The notes under the pieces: generated by a model
Database searches by the model: none
Seen by the model: only the letters and a program-made list of their open reading frames with translations
Told to the model about the DNA's origin: nothing
Part shown: in pieces, positions 20,001 to 29,233 of the stretch
Layout of the letters: each line of letters starts with the position of its first letter
Position numbering within the stretch: position 1 is the stretch's first letter
Made by a program: the position numbers and the translations under genes
Source: Flavobacteriales bacterium
GTDB taxonomy: Bacteria > Bacteroidota > Bacteroidia > Flavobacteriales > CAJXXR01
Assembly: GCA_049607525.1 (NCBI GenBank)
Contig: JBMYWP010000006.1
Span: 9,862-73,861, forward strand
DNA: 64,000 bases
Direction of reading: 5' to 3'

Positions 20001-20622
20001 CAAACTCATAACACTTCCTTCGGGTATATTGCTTTTAGCATTTTTAATAAACGCCATTAGCATCTACAAAATAAAAGTGTACAAAACAGAGCTTGTTAAG
20101 TCTCATTTTATTGCCATTTTCGGACTCACATTTATTGGTGCCATATTATTAAATTCATACGAGTCTAATATTGAAAGCATTTGTGCTTATATTTCTATTC
20201 TAATCCTTAGTTTAAGTATTGGTTATGTATTAATAGCAGCCAACAAAACAATAAAATGCGACTGGTTTCCTTCACTAAAAAGTCTTGTTCTTATTAGTTT
20301 TCAAATCATCATCATATTGGCATATACAAAAGGAATTATGTTATCAGGACTCGACATTGAAGGTCCTCTTACAACCATTGCCTTAGTGCTACATGCGATT
20401 ATAGCCTTGTTTAATGCATTAAAATTCAAGAATAAACTTCTAAACAAAACAGCTGTTGTTTTATTTGTATTGGCATTGGCCAAATTAATTATTTACGACA
20501 TCAAAGGCTTTTCTACAAACTCAAAAATATTAGTTCTTATTGTATTGGGTGTTTTATTATTGGGTGCTTCTTATTTATATGTTAAATTAAAAAACAAATA
20601 CCAAGAGAAAGACCAAGACTAA
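17041..20622 (+). CDS. DUF2339 family large polytopic membrane protein with N-terminal zinc ribbon
   Basis: CKHC...FCGHC, coiled coil, Pro/Glu-rich linker, many TM helices, C-terminal KLIIYDI...IVLGVLLLGASYLY. Confidence 0.85.
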   Translation: MICKHCSSDNLNNVYFCGHCHKLLYSPDFTISRLQLKLDQIQSKHNKEISEIREELYKVQNYILKVNEVDKPEVIQRPKPVVLPYQKPESAPIKEVTKPISPEEITKNAEQKTKEEVKEVKITQSNTQTDKEEVVQTYKTVEPVNKPIILEEPKEPSKLWLAFQDFISPLYDGLDLITETYSNYKKEGKLPIFFMTIGGILAILFGVGYFLPMSFEMMGDYGEIVKLGLSLVFSLAIGFFGMRLHKKDGKYQEYSSALISLCLSLNYLIVYFFSTLLHFPALSSAQFGFFLIVANTGLALWAAFTYKTKIISVLSLLGGALSPLFLHASGNPDFYFTYLLLLIASANFIALKIKWFHLNYISFVLFLVLTESNVIMESSHSVWFIFLLHGFAYLFFYIVLFRGKRLKQDLTKIDLVILAGNLSVFLFNLYDCIPNFKTLGFIYLANGVIFSLLLVKTWSSITKNLKISFFISIGSFIGLAIPFLLGQSLMGLFWSIEAIALITLGFTYKLYSIRKEGYIILTIAIGKLLFSSYALIVDWDSTIFHNGLINYILFGGVITLLWVISLKNKAEFTLFEQKLFAFILEILPLWMSSVVFIFGFYYLELHVLNLMMIPMLGLFFWTKKFDTISSNFFGFLHFIFLFAAIGLSFSEVNSFRFTHQTLGGKIGLIEVILCFGFLKLLFEQLKFTTKTSYKLAYALRVLFLFTIPIIFAKQIHRHLEAFFVSSVWISMMITYLLHKKFKHRVLFFEFFLIGAAALCINVYNFSLLSIGIGILTLLALLFLEKVQKPNALETSKYQIFLYIIPFIISGLIGFALYKLNICKPDLAFIISSLLLAVYYQFHKVLLVFQTKQYGIMVSLAVGIAGAFLSWNSNPSLLNLIFILILALAFSRIFYIYQNASKANHEYKIQQESSFLLFSLWMIWFGLLTQTLIHYHVGFVSILLAFGVLIVIEKKKHIDILLDEFEQNLSQNLHFILFPLICILFVFNKLITLPSGILLLAFLINAISIYKIKVYKTELVKSHFIAIFGLTFIGAILLNSYESNIESICAYISILILSLSIGYVLIAANKTIKCDWFPSLKSLVLISFQIIIILAYTKGIMLSGLDIEGPLTTIALVLHAIIALFNALKFKNKLLNKTAVVLFVLALAKLIIYDIKGFSTNSKILVLIVLGVLLLGASYLYVKLKNKYQEKDQD

Positions 20623-20626
20623 AGAA

Positions 20627-20666
20627 AAATAGGCGTTGAAACTTGTATAAGATTCAACGCCTATTT
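20627..20666. terminator. Bidirectional terminator-like hairpin
   Basis: Perfect 14-bp stem aaataggcgttgaa/ttcaacgcctattt between convergent genes. Confidence 0.8.
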
Positions 20667-20711
20667 GTAGTTTTAAATAGTGAAATTCAAAAATTAAGAA
20701 TCATCTATGTA

Positions 20712-22721
20712 TTAATCTGTAAAAACATCAAAATTACGATTGTGTTTTGTATAATATTTTATTGAAAACAGTTTTGATTCCTTTGGATTTAAAACCAAAC
20801 TCCACGTTAATTTTCCTGTTTTAGGCTCTAATTTTGCATCATCGAGTTGTTCAATAGAAATATCGACCTCTTTGTAGTTAGAAACTGGCAACTGATCTAC
20901 CAAACTTACCTTTACAGGAACAGATTTGGTGTTTTTAAGAGTAATTCCCACCTCAATATCCGATTTTACCTTACCGTTGCTAAATGGTATTTTGTTTGAT
21001 TGTACATATTTGCTTCGTTCTACAACCACTTGTTTATCTATACCCAAAAACAAAGAAAGTGTATCGCTATTTTGATGCGTATTTACAACCGTTTCGCCAA
21101 CATATTGCCCTTGAAAATAGACATTTGCTTTTCCGTTGAACAAATGATATTGATTAAAACCATTTATTTGTCCTCGAATAAAGGCATCTGTAGATTCATG
21201 AGCCATAATAAGATATTCATACTCCACAGGAACCTCAATGGTTTTAATTCTTAAAACATATTCTTCTCCATTACTCTCTAACGTTTGTGGCGTTTTAATA
21301 ATATAAGACCTCTGTAAATCGTTTTGACTGGTCTCATTGGCTATATGTATAGTTTCTTTACTTCTTAAATGAGACCCATTGTAAACATTTGAAGGTGGCG
21401 TACCAATAACCTTAACACCATCTACAAAATAAACCGTTTGTCCAGACCTTCCTCCTCTTACACTCAAGTTTGAACCCCTATCGGATTGGGAAACTCCCCC
21501 TGTACTGGCAGCAACCCCACTTACACCACGTACAGGTATATTTTTAATGTCCTCGGCAAACACCAAACCAGTTTCTTCTTTCTTTCCTAAACCAATTTCT
21601 AGAGTTTCTTCTCTATCGGCTTTAATATAAATTTTCTTCTGAGCCGAAACATAACCTGATTGATTAACCGAAACACTATATTCCCCCGTTTGGATTGGAT
21701 TAATTTTGAACCGACCCAAAGCATCGGTTAAAACTTGCTTATACAACTGGCCATTTCTCATAAAAACAACCTCCGAAAAAGGAAGTAAAGCGCCAGTTGT
21801 AGCATCACCTATTATCCCTTGAACCTTTGAGTAGGTGGTTTTATTTTTTTTCTTAGTAGGAAGTCCATTTTCTAAATAATAAGGTTGAAACTCTGGAAAA
21901 ACATCTTGTTTTATGGGTTTAGATTCATTGAGTTGTATTGTGATGTCTTTCCAATGTTCTCCTGTAGATTGAAAAACTTCGGCCTGAAATTCCATAGACA
22001 ATGGTTTATTAACATCTTCTACTTTTAAATTGTAATTCGGCCGCCATCCGGCAGATTTAAGATAATACATCAATTCAAAAGACAAAGACTGAGAAGAAGA
22101 GACATCTACAGAAACATAAACCAAAGACGCATCTTTATTGTAAGCCTTTACATGCTTTTGAATCTTCGACCTCAACGCAATAATTTGTTCATTGATGTCT
22201 TTCAATTTACGCTTATAGATTTTGCGTTCTTCTCTAATATCATTCAATTTGCCTTCAACAAACTTTAAAGCCGTACTCAATTTTTCGAATTGAATGCCTT
22301 CATTTGTATTATGCACAGTGCTGTTTTCTAAAAGCATCATTTTTTTTCGTTCTAATACAAAAACATGACTTTCAACATCTTGAGATTCCGTAATTAAATC
22401 ATCAATCTGCTTTTCAAGTACCTTTACAGCTTCAGATTTCCCTTTCCAACGCCCTCGGTTTTTTATTATTTTTTTAGAAACTATACAACTTACATCCGAA
22501 GACTTAATTTGATATTCATCGGGACTAATTTCATAAGGTAGCTCGTCGAAAACCAAAACATGATTGCCTTTAGGGATTTGTGAGGTTGCACTACGAGTAA
22601 CCTCAACACCAATAGGAAAAACTGTGGCATTGGTAATACGACTTTCAACAAAAATAGTATCGGACAAGGCATAAAAACCCGATGTAAAGAACAAAAAAGC
22701 AAAACAAATATTTTTTAACAT
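20712..22721 (-). CDS. DUF4140/DUF4139 (MuiA-like) protein with inserted carboxypeptidase-regulatory-like and TonB-plug-like segments
   Basis: ITNATVF..GVEVTR, AGWRPNY, QSTGEHW, LFLGID; internal VQGIIGDATTG and SVRGGRS..TVYFVDGVKV. Start MLKNIC (22721) gives a signal peptide; 22727 is an alternative. Confidence 0.85.
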   Translation of the reverse strand: MLKNICFAFLFFTSGFYALSDTIFVESRITNATVFPIGVEVTRSATSQIPKGNHVLVFDELPYEISPDEYQIKSSDVSCIVSKKIIKNRGRWKGKSEAVKVLEKQIDDLITESQDVESHVFVLERKKMMLLENSTVHNTNEGIQFEKLSTALKFVEGKLNDIREERKIYKRKLKDINEQIIALRSKIQKHVKAYNKDASLVYVSVDVSSSQSLSFELMYYLKSAGWRPNYNLKVEDVNKPLSMEFQAEVFQSTGEHWKDITIQLNESKPIKQDVFPEFQPYYLENGLPTKKKNKTTYSKVQGIIGDATTGALLPFSEVVFMRNGQLYKQVLTDALGRFKINPIQTGEYSVSVNQSGYVSAQKKIYIKADREETLEIGLGKKEETGLVFAEDIKNIPVRGVSGVAASTGGVSQSDRGSNLSVRGGRSGQTVYFVDGVKVIGTPPSNVYNGSHLRSKETIHIANETSQNDLQRSYIIKTPQTLESNGEEYVLRIKTIEVPVEYEYLIMAHESTDAFIRGQINGFNQYHLFNGKANVYFQGQYVGETVVNTHQNSDTLSLFLGIDKQVVVERSKYVQSNKIPFSNGKVKSDIEVGITLKNTKSVPVKVSLVDQLPVSNYKEVDISIEQLDDAKLEPKTGKLTWSLVLNPKESKLFSIKYYTKHNRNFDVFTD

Positions 22722-22971
22722 AATCATACATTTAAATTGAAACAATAATTTCAATCCAAATGTATCACACTCGTTATCAACAGCAAACCCATACACTCAT
22801 TCAAACGTACAGTTCACGCATTGAGAAATAACATTTTCTAAAAAACCATTAAATCCATCACAGATTATTAAAATGACCATTCGGAAATTACGATTTATGG
22901 CGCCACTTTCTAAAGTAACAATTATCTTTACCAAACCAATATTCAATGTACTCTGGTAAACTATATTTTAG

Positions 22972-25900
22972 ATGAAAATACTTAAAATTGAACTTCAAAA
23001 TATCAATTCATTAAAATCGGAAACACCAATGGTTATCGATTTTAATGAACCGCATTTTAAAGACGTTGGTTTATATGCCATAACTGGAACAACCGGTTCT
23101 GGTAAAACCACCATTTTGGATGCCATAACCATTGCACTTTACAATAAAGTACCACGGTTTAACAAATCCAACATAAAAGCAGGCTTGATTGATATTGTAA
23201 GTTATGGAGCATCGGATGCGTTGGCAAGATTAACTTTTGAAAGTCAACAAAATGTTTACGAAGTACATTGGGCCATTCGAATAAAATCTAAAACAGGGAA
23301 AGTATTATCTAAACCCGTAGAACAAGTCCGATTAAAAAACCTGACAACAGAGAAAATTATTGGTGAAAAGAAAGGTGAGATTCAAAATAAGATTATTGAA
23401 ATCACTCAATTGAATTACGAACAATTTTTACGTTCCGTTTTATTGGCCCAAGGTGAATTTGCTGCTTTTTTATCGGCAACTAATAAAGAAAAAGGGAATT
23501 TACTCGAGCAAATTACAGGAGAAGAAATCTACAAAAAGATTGGAGAAACCCTTGTGGAAAGAATTTCGTTAGAACGAAAAACATTGGAGCAAATAAAAGC
23601 TTCAATAAATACCGAAGATCTTTTATCTACAGAAGAACTTTCAAAAATTGAATCCAATTTAAATACACACGCCTCAAAAAAAGCAGAGCTTTCCAAACAA
23701 ATCAACGAGACCGAAAAACAAGTACAGTGGTATTATAAATTGAAAGAATATAATAGCAAAAAAGAACAAATAGAAAAGAGTACCATTGAATTTGATGCCA
23801 AAAAAATACAATTAAAAGCGAGCGAAGAAAAAATAGAGCGTCACGAATTGGCGCAACCTGTTTCTAAACTTATTTTTGAAGAGCAAACAAAAACAGAACT
23901 TCTTAATACCTTAAATAATAAAGAGAACGCATTAAAAAACATGCTATCGTCTCATGCACAAACTAAGACAGCATTAGAAGAAAAGCATGAATTAGCCAAA
24001 ACAAAATTAGCAAAGCATCTGGCCGAAGAGAACATTTGGAATTCTAAATTAGAAAAAGTTACAAAACTTGATACACAATTGAATTTTGCACACAAACAAC
24101 TGCAAGAAGTATCATCAAAACACAAAACCTTAACAAAGCAAGCAGAAAATTTAGATATAAAGGGAAAAAATCTATCAAACGCTGTTAAAACCCAAAGGCA
24201 AGCATTAGAACAACAAGCAAAATTCTTAAAAGAACATGCTAAAGTTTCTGAAATGGATGGCCTTTTCACCAATTGGGTCTCTGGATTAAGAAATAGAAAA
24301 ACCGAAAGCGAATATTTAATAGAAAAGCAAAAACAACGCGATCATTTACAGATTGAATTGCCCAAGCTTTCTTCTATTATAGAAACAGAAACTAACCTCA
24401 TTAAGAAAAAAGAGGAAATTGTAAATCAGACCGAATCTGAACTAAAATTGCTGAATGATTTAAATTTAGAAGCAAAACTTAATACAAACGAAAAAGAAAA
24501 TAAAGCTCTAGAACGTACTTTTCAGCATTGGAAAGAAATAAAAACGATTTACACAGATTACTTAGATAAAACAGAACAAAAACAACAATTCATTAATCAA
24601 GAAAAAGGGTTTAAAAATGCCTTATCCACCTTAGAGCAGAATATTCTGACTCAAGAAAAGCAATTGAAACTCTTAAACACATCTTATTTAGATGCAGTTA
24701 CTTTGTTGGATCAATCAAAATTGATTGTAAATTTTGAGGAAGAACGACAAAAACTCCAATCTGGGAAACCTTGTGCTTTATGTGGATCTGAGCAACACCC
24801 TTTTGTATTGCACTATTCAATTCCAGAGTTAAGTACATTGGAAAAGCAATTGGAAGAAAGAAAAACGATTCTTGATAAAGAAACTCAACAGAAAACAAAA
24901 CTCGACAATGAGGTCATTATCCTAAAAGAAAAATTAAAAAATGCCCAAATCAGAATCCAAGAGTTTGATGTTATTATTGACAAACACCTTAAGACATCAG
25001 AAACACTTCAGATTGAATTGTCGGCCTTAAAACTGGAAGACATTAATGAAAAATTGAAAAAAATAATTGGTCAAACTGAAGTATCTACAAGCCAAATCAA
25101 TGTCTTAAAAGTTCAAATACAAAATAAGACAAGTCTTACCATTTCTCTTTCTAAGCAAAAAGAAGAGTTAAATACGATTGAAAAACAAGTTACCGTTCGT
25201 ATTGAAAAACAAAAACATTTAAAACAACAAATACAACAACTTACGTCTGACATTCATCTCAAATTAGAACAAGTAAAAACCCTTGAACTTGAATTGACAA
25301 CGTCTTTCAATCCATTCCTTTTACAACTTCCAATATTAGAGCAAACAGAACCATTTCTAAAGGATGTTTACAATCAAATTAATCGTTATAAACAAACTTT
25401 AGAGACTTACAAGACAACCAAAAACGACATTGAAAAGCTTGAAATTGAATCTAAAAACTTAGAAACAGAACAAAAAAACTGTAAAAAGGAGTTTGAACAA
25501 TTAAAAATAAATCAAGACGAATTAAAAGTAGCCATAGAAACCACACAAAAAGAAAGAAATATTCTTTTGCCTCAACACCTTTCTGTTCAACAAAAGCAAA
25601 TGGCTTTAACAGATCATCAAAACCAATTACGCCAATCAGAAAAATTAGCCTTTGACACGCTTAATACCCAAATAAAACAAGCCATTGAATTTACAAAAGA
25701 GCTGGAAATTGTAAATAAAAGAACAAAAGATGAACACGCGATTTGTGAAAATCTAAAGCAAGATATTGATAAAAAAATCGATGAAAGTTTATTTGAAAAT
25801 AAACACGAGGTTTTAAAACATGTTTTGGATGAGGAAATCTTGTTAGCTGAAAAGAAATCAATATCTACCATTCAAACACTTTGGACTGAACTTGAAACTC

Positions 25901-26631
25901 TTAAAAAGGAAAATTCACAAAATATTAAAGTTCACGAAACACAAAAAACTTTTGGTTTCACAGAACAAGAAAGTCTTGAAACGCTTGAACGTGTAAAATT
26001 GAACTGGGCAGAATTGATGGAGGAAATGGGTAAGCAGAAAAATGCCATTGAAAACCATCAAAAAATTGTTAACCGAAACTCCGAAACTGTAAAAAAGATC
26101 AATCTTCAAGAAAAAGAGCTTAATAAGTGGAATACATTACTCATGGTTCTTGGTGGATCTAAACATGCTTTCAACACCTATGTTCAACGACTAACACTTA
26201 AGAATTTAATTCAACTTGCAAACATCCATCTTTTAAAATTAAATAAAAGATATACACTAGAAATGGATGCTTTAATGAAACCAAATGAAGAATTAAACTT
26301 CAAACTAATCGATCATTATCAGACTAATAAAGCAAGGTATGTAGATACGTGTAGTGGAGGAGAAAAGTTTATTATTAGTTTGGCATTGGCATTAGGTCTA
26401 TCGGATTTATCCAGCAATCATGTGAGTATAAAATCTTTATTTATTGATGAAGGGTTCGGTACCTTAGATCAATCTACATTAGAAACTGTAATTTCTACTT
26501 TAGAAACATTGCAAGCCCAAGGTAAAATGATTGGAATAATTTCTCATGTTGAAAATTTAAAAGAACGTATTTCAACACAAATTCAAGTTTCTAAAACGAG
26601 TAATGGTATTAGTAAAATAAAAATAGTGTAA
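22972..26631 (+). CDS. sbcC: SbcC (Rad50/SMC-like) ATPase subunit
   Basis: Walker A GTTGSGKT, Q-loop LAQGEF, zinc hook CALCGS, signature CSGGE, Walker B FIDEGFG, GIISH. Confidence 0.93.
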   Translation: MKILKIELQNINSLKSETPMVIDFNEPHFKDVGLYAITGTTGSGKTTILDAITIALYNKVPRFNKSNIKAGLIDIVSYGASDALARLTFESQQNVYEVHWAIRIKSKTGKVLSKPVEQVRLKNLTTEKIIGEKKGEIQNKIIEITQLNYEQFLRSVLLAQGEFAAFLSATNKEKGNLLEQITGEEIYKKIGETLVERISLERKTLEQIKASINTEDLLSTEELSKIESNLNTHASKKAELSKQINETEKQVQWYYKLKEYNSKKEQIEKSTIEFDAKKIQLKASEEKIERHELAQPVSKLIFEEQTKTELLNTLNNKENALKNMLSSHAQTKTALEEKHELAKTKLAKHLAEENIWNSKLEKVTKLDTQLNFAHKQLQEVSSKHKTLTKQAENLDIKGKNLSNAVKTQRQALEQQAKFLKEHAKVSEMDGLFTNWVSGLRNRKTESEYLIEKQKQRDHLQIELPKLSSIIETETNLIKKKEEIVNQTESELKLLNDLNLEAKLNTNEKENKALERTFQHWKEIKTIYTDYLDKTEQKQQFINQEKGFKNALSTLEQNILTQEKQLKLLNTSYLDAVTLLDQSKLIVNFEEERQKLQSGKPCALCGSEQHPFVLHYSIPELSTLEKQLEERKTILDKETQQKTKLDNEVIILKEKLKNAQIRIQEFDVIIDKHLKTSETLQIELSALKLEDINEKLKKIIGQTEVSTSQINVLKVQIQNKTSLTISLSKQKEELNTIEKQVTVRIEKQKHLKQQIQQLTSDIHLKLEQVKTLELELTTSFNPFLLQLPILEQTEPFLKDVYNQINRYKQTLETYKTTKNDIEKLEIESKNLETEQKNCKKEFEQLKINQDELKVAIETTQKERNILLPQHLSVQQKQMALTDHQNQLRQSEKLAFDTLNTQIKQAIEFTKELEIVNKRTKDEHAICENLKQDIDKKIDESLFENKHEVLKHVLDEEILLAEKKSISTIQTLWTELETLKKENSQNIKVHETQKTFGFTEQESLETLERVKLNWAELMEEMGKQKNAIENHQKIVNRNSETVKKINLQEKELNKWNTLLMVLGGSKHAFNTYVQRLTLKNLIQLANIHLLKLNKRYTLEMDALMKPNEELNFKLIDHYQTNKARYVDTCSGGEKFIISLALALGLSDLSSNHVSIKSLFIDEGFGTLDQSTLETVISTLETLQAQGKMIGIISHVENLKERISTQIQVSKTSNGISKIKIV

Positions 26632-26753
26632 TCGAACAACTCCGAATACACTATTTAACACCTAAAATCCTTGAAACTAGAATTATTCAATGGATAAAAA
26701 AATCGAATTAGATCATTAAATTACAACAAATACATCTAATAACCTAAACATTA

Positions 26754-27419
26754 TTAAGCATTTATGGTGTCAAGTAAAAACAATCGTGTTTTTTTATCAA
26801 ATATACCTGTAATCTTTAATCCTTCATTCATGGTTTGTAATAGTTTCACACCATTTTGTGTTTTTGGGCCATAAATACCATCCGAAGTACCCACATCAAT
26901 AAAGGCCATCTTTAAGGCGTCTTGTAAACGTATAACATCTTCTCCACGATCGCCACGTTTTAATTTTCTAGAACTAAGTTTTATCTTACTTGCTTTAATT
27001 AAACGTCTAAATCCAAGTAATTGATCTTTGCTATAAGCAGAGATCGAAACAGCATCTGATTGATTACCTCCAAGAGTATAAATTCTGTTACCATCGATAG
27101 AAAACCCCATAAAAATTCCAACATGACCTTTGTAAGAATTCCTTTTTTCTCTCCAATATACTACTATGTCTCCTGGCTCTGGTTTTTCTATTGGTACACC
27201 AGCTTTTAACCAAGACCTTGCTAAGGCAGAATTGGTTCTTTTGTATCCAGCTTTTAGTGCAACCCAATTCATGAAAATACTACACCAAGCTGTTTTCTCA
27301 GTTTTTACCCAATCGAACCCAGCTTTTGAAGCATAATCCAATATTATAGGATTTTCTGCCTGACCTGGAATTTCTTTTACACCTAATTCATTCAAAGCAA
27401 TTTTCAATACATCTTCCAT
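26754..27419 (-). CDS. TIGR02594 family (NlpC/P60- or CHAP-like) cell wall hydrolase with C-terminal peptidoglycan-binding domain
   Basis: ELGVKEIPG, AWCSIFMNW, ARSW, GHVGIF, LGGNQ; C-terminal LKRGDRGEDVIRLQ...DGIYGPKT. Confidence 0.9.
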   Translation of the reverse strand: MEDVLKIALNELGVKEIPGQAENPIILDYASKAGFDWVKTEKTAWCSIFMNWVALKAGYKRTNSALARSWLKAGVPIEKPEPGDIVVYWREKRNSYKGHVGIFMGFSIDGNRIYTLGGNQSDAVSISAYSKDQLLGFRRLIKASKIKLSSRKLKRGDRGEDVIRLQDALKMAFIDVGTSDGIYGPKTQNGVKLLQTMNEGLKITGIFDKKTRLFLLDTINA

Positions 27420-27528
27420 AGTTATTTGTTTTAGAGGTCCTAAGAAAAGACCAAATCATTATATATACCAAGGGGTAATTATCGCTAATATCATAACATT
27501 AGGGGAAGGAAAATATGGGTGCTTTTTC

Positions 27529-27550
27529 TTTGAATATGAACATATTCAAA
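27529..27550. promoter_or_regulatory. Operator-like perfect palindrome
   Basis: tttgaatatg-aa-catattcaaa (10-2-10), ~110 bp upstream of the TIGR02594 start. Confidence 0.45.
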
Positions 27551-27571
27551 TGCAATGAATGGGATACTTTA

Positions 27572-27609
27572 AAAAACTCTTTTGAGAAAATATCCTCAAA
27601 AGAGTTTTT
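27572..27609. terminator. Terminator hairpin
   Basis: Perfect 15-bp stem aaaaactcttttgag/ctcaaaagagttttt. Confidence 0.8.
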
Positions 27610-27803
27610 ACATTGTAATTAATTTACATTCCCCAATTTCTAATGTTTTATTATGGGGTAAAGGTAAAATATGTGAAAATTCTAGCCCTAGGTTAACAAC
27701 CGAAAGCAAAGGGTGTTTTTCCCCTTTTTAAAATAACGATGTGAAAAAAACACATACATCACTTATACTCGATGTTATAAAAATAATAACTATATACTTC
27801 GTA

Positions 27804-29114
27804 TTACATTTCTTCTACAATAAAAACCAATTCGTTTTCAGGAACAGTTACAACTGTTGAAACCGTAGTGAGTTGAACATTTGAAAATCCTATTTTTTGC
27901 CCTCCAGAAACCGATACCACAAACGTTAAAGAACCTGTGGATTGATTGTGATTACTGGTATTTCTCATATAGGTATTTGAAAAGGTTGGTCCAATATCTA
28001 CTCCATCTAACTTAAGCTGAAGCCCGGCATTGGTTCTATCAGGTCCTATTCCAAATTGATTTTGATAAATGGTAATTTTATAAGTTCCACCATTTGTAAA
28101 CGTAATTCCATCTGTAGAGACTGTAAATTTACTTATGTCGTTAGATAAAATAGAACTTGCATCGGTTTTTATCCAATTAAAAGACACAGAACCACTATTG
28201 ATATTTCCTGAAAGGGCGTTTGTAACTTGAACAAAAGCACGCTCGGAAACACTTCCCACCGGACCTTTTAAATTTATTTTCAAAATCCAAACACCATTTT
28301 CTTTGAAATACAAATCTCCGGTTGAATTGTCTAAGAATTCATCTCCATCTACACCTAAAGCAGCTATTGGTAAACCAGAGCCATTAAACCTAAAAAAGCT
28401 TGGGGTTTTAGATTGAATTCGAAACCAAGCAACGGCCCTACCCGCAGAACCAGAATTAGATACAATGGTTTCAAAATTCAAGACATCGCCTTGATTAAAA
28501 ACCAAAGGTGTTGCTAAAAGCTGTATGGCACCTCCACTTATTCCTGATGAAGCCAAACCAGAAGATGCCCCTGTTAGAACATTATTTTTAACGACTTCAA
28601 CTTCTGCGCTCCCTGAATTAACAACCAACCCAACAGCAAATAAGGTACAGGTTTGTGGAAGAATAATTCCAGTTGATGTAACATTACCATTACCGAATGA
28701 GTATTGCTTAGTACCATTTACTATAAGCCCTCCTGATTCTTCAGCATAAATGGGAAAAATTGCCTCGTTGCCAGACAATGCAAACAAACTATCTATATAA
28801 GTCTTAACACTTTTTTGGGTTACTGTATTTACATCACTATTAGACTGTAGATGTTTTTCATCTAGCATGTTTTCCAGAAGTTCCCCAACAACTTCGTTGG
28901 AGTCGTATGTTAAATAGGTTAACTCCCCAGAAGTTACTCCAATAAAATATTCAGAATTTATTGTATCTAAATATAAATCACCCTCAGAAGCTGTTTTATT
29001 TTGGTGAATGGTAATTAATTCTGCCTCCGTATAGTACTGAGCATTTGCCACACCATAACAAAGGGGAAAAACTATTAGAAGTAGATAAAGTTTATGAATG
29101 AGAACTTTAGGCAT
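27804..29114 (-). CDS. Secreted fibre-like protein with phage tail-fibre-like motifs and a C-terminal C1q/BclA-like beta domain
   Basis: Signal peptide ending ANAQ; LDEKHLQSNSDVNTVTQKSVKTYID; GVDGDEFLDNSTGDLYFKENGVW...NLKGPVG; GGTYKITIY beta-rich C-terminus. Confidence 0.6.
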   Translation of the reverse strand: MPKVLIHKLYLLLIVFPLCYGVANAQYYTEAELITIHQNKTASEGDLYLDTINSEYFIGVTSGELTYLTYDSNEVVGELLENMLDEKHLQSNSDVNTVTQKSVKTYIDSLFALSGNEAIFPIYAEESGGLIVNGTKQYSFGNGNVTSTGIILPQTCTLFAVGLVVNSGSAEVEVVKNNVLTGASSGLASSGISGGAIQLLATPLVFNQGDVLNFETIVSNSGSAGRAVAWFRIQSKTPSFFRFNGSGLPIAALGVDGDEFLDNSTGDLYFKENGVWILKINLKGPVGSVSERAFVQVTNALSGNINSGSVSFNWIKTDASSILSNDISKFTVSTDGITFTNGGTYKITIYQNQFGIGPDRTNAGLQLKLDGVDIGPTFSNTYMRNTSNHNQSTGSLTFVVSVSGGQKIGFSNVQLTTVSTVVTVPENELVFIVEEM

Positions 29115-29180
29115 TTGGGAAATTTTGATTTATTTTTTCATAAAGTTAATTTTATATTTTGAATATTATTTATTGATACA

Positions 29181-29214
29181 AAAAAAAGCCCTACCGAAAT
29201 ATCAGTAGAGCTTT
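29181..29214 (-). terminator. Terminator of gap
   Basis: aaagccctac/gtagagcttt imperfect stem with an A tract on + (U tract on -). Confidence 0.7.
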
Positions 29215-29233
29215 ATATATTCTAAACTAAAGT

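Noticed and set aside
26754-29114. Prophage
   Set aside because: No integrase, terminase, capsid or tail genes and no att repeats seen.
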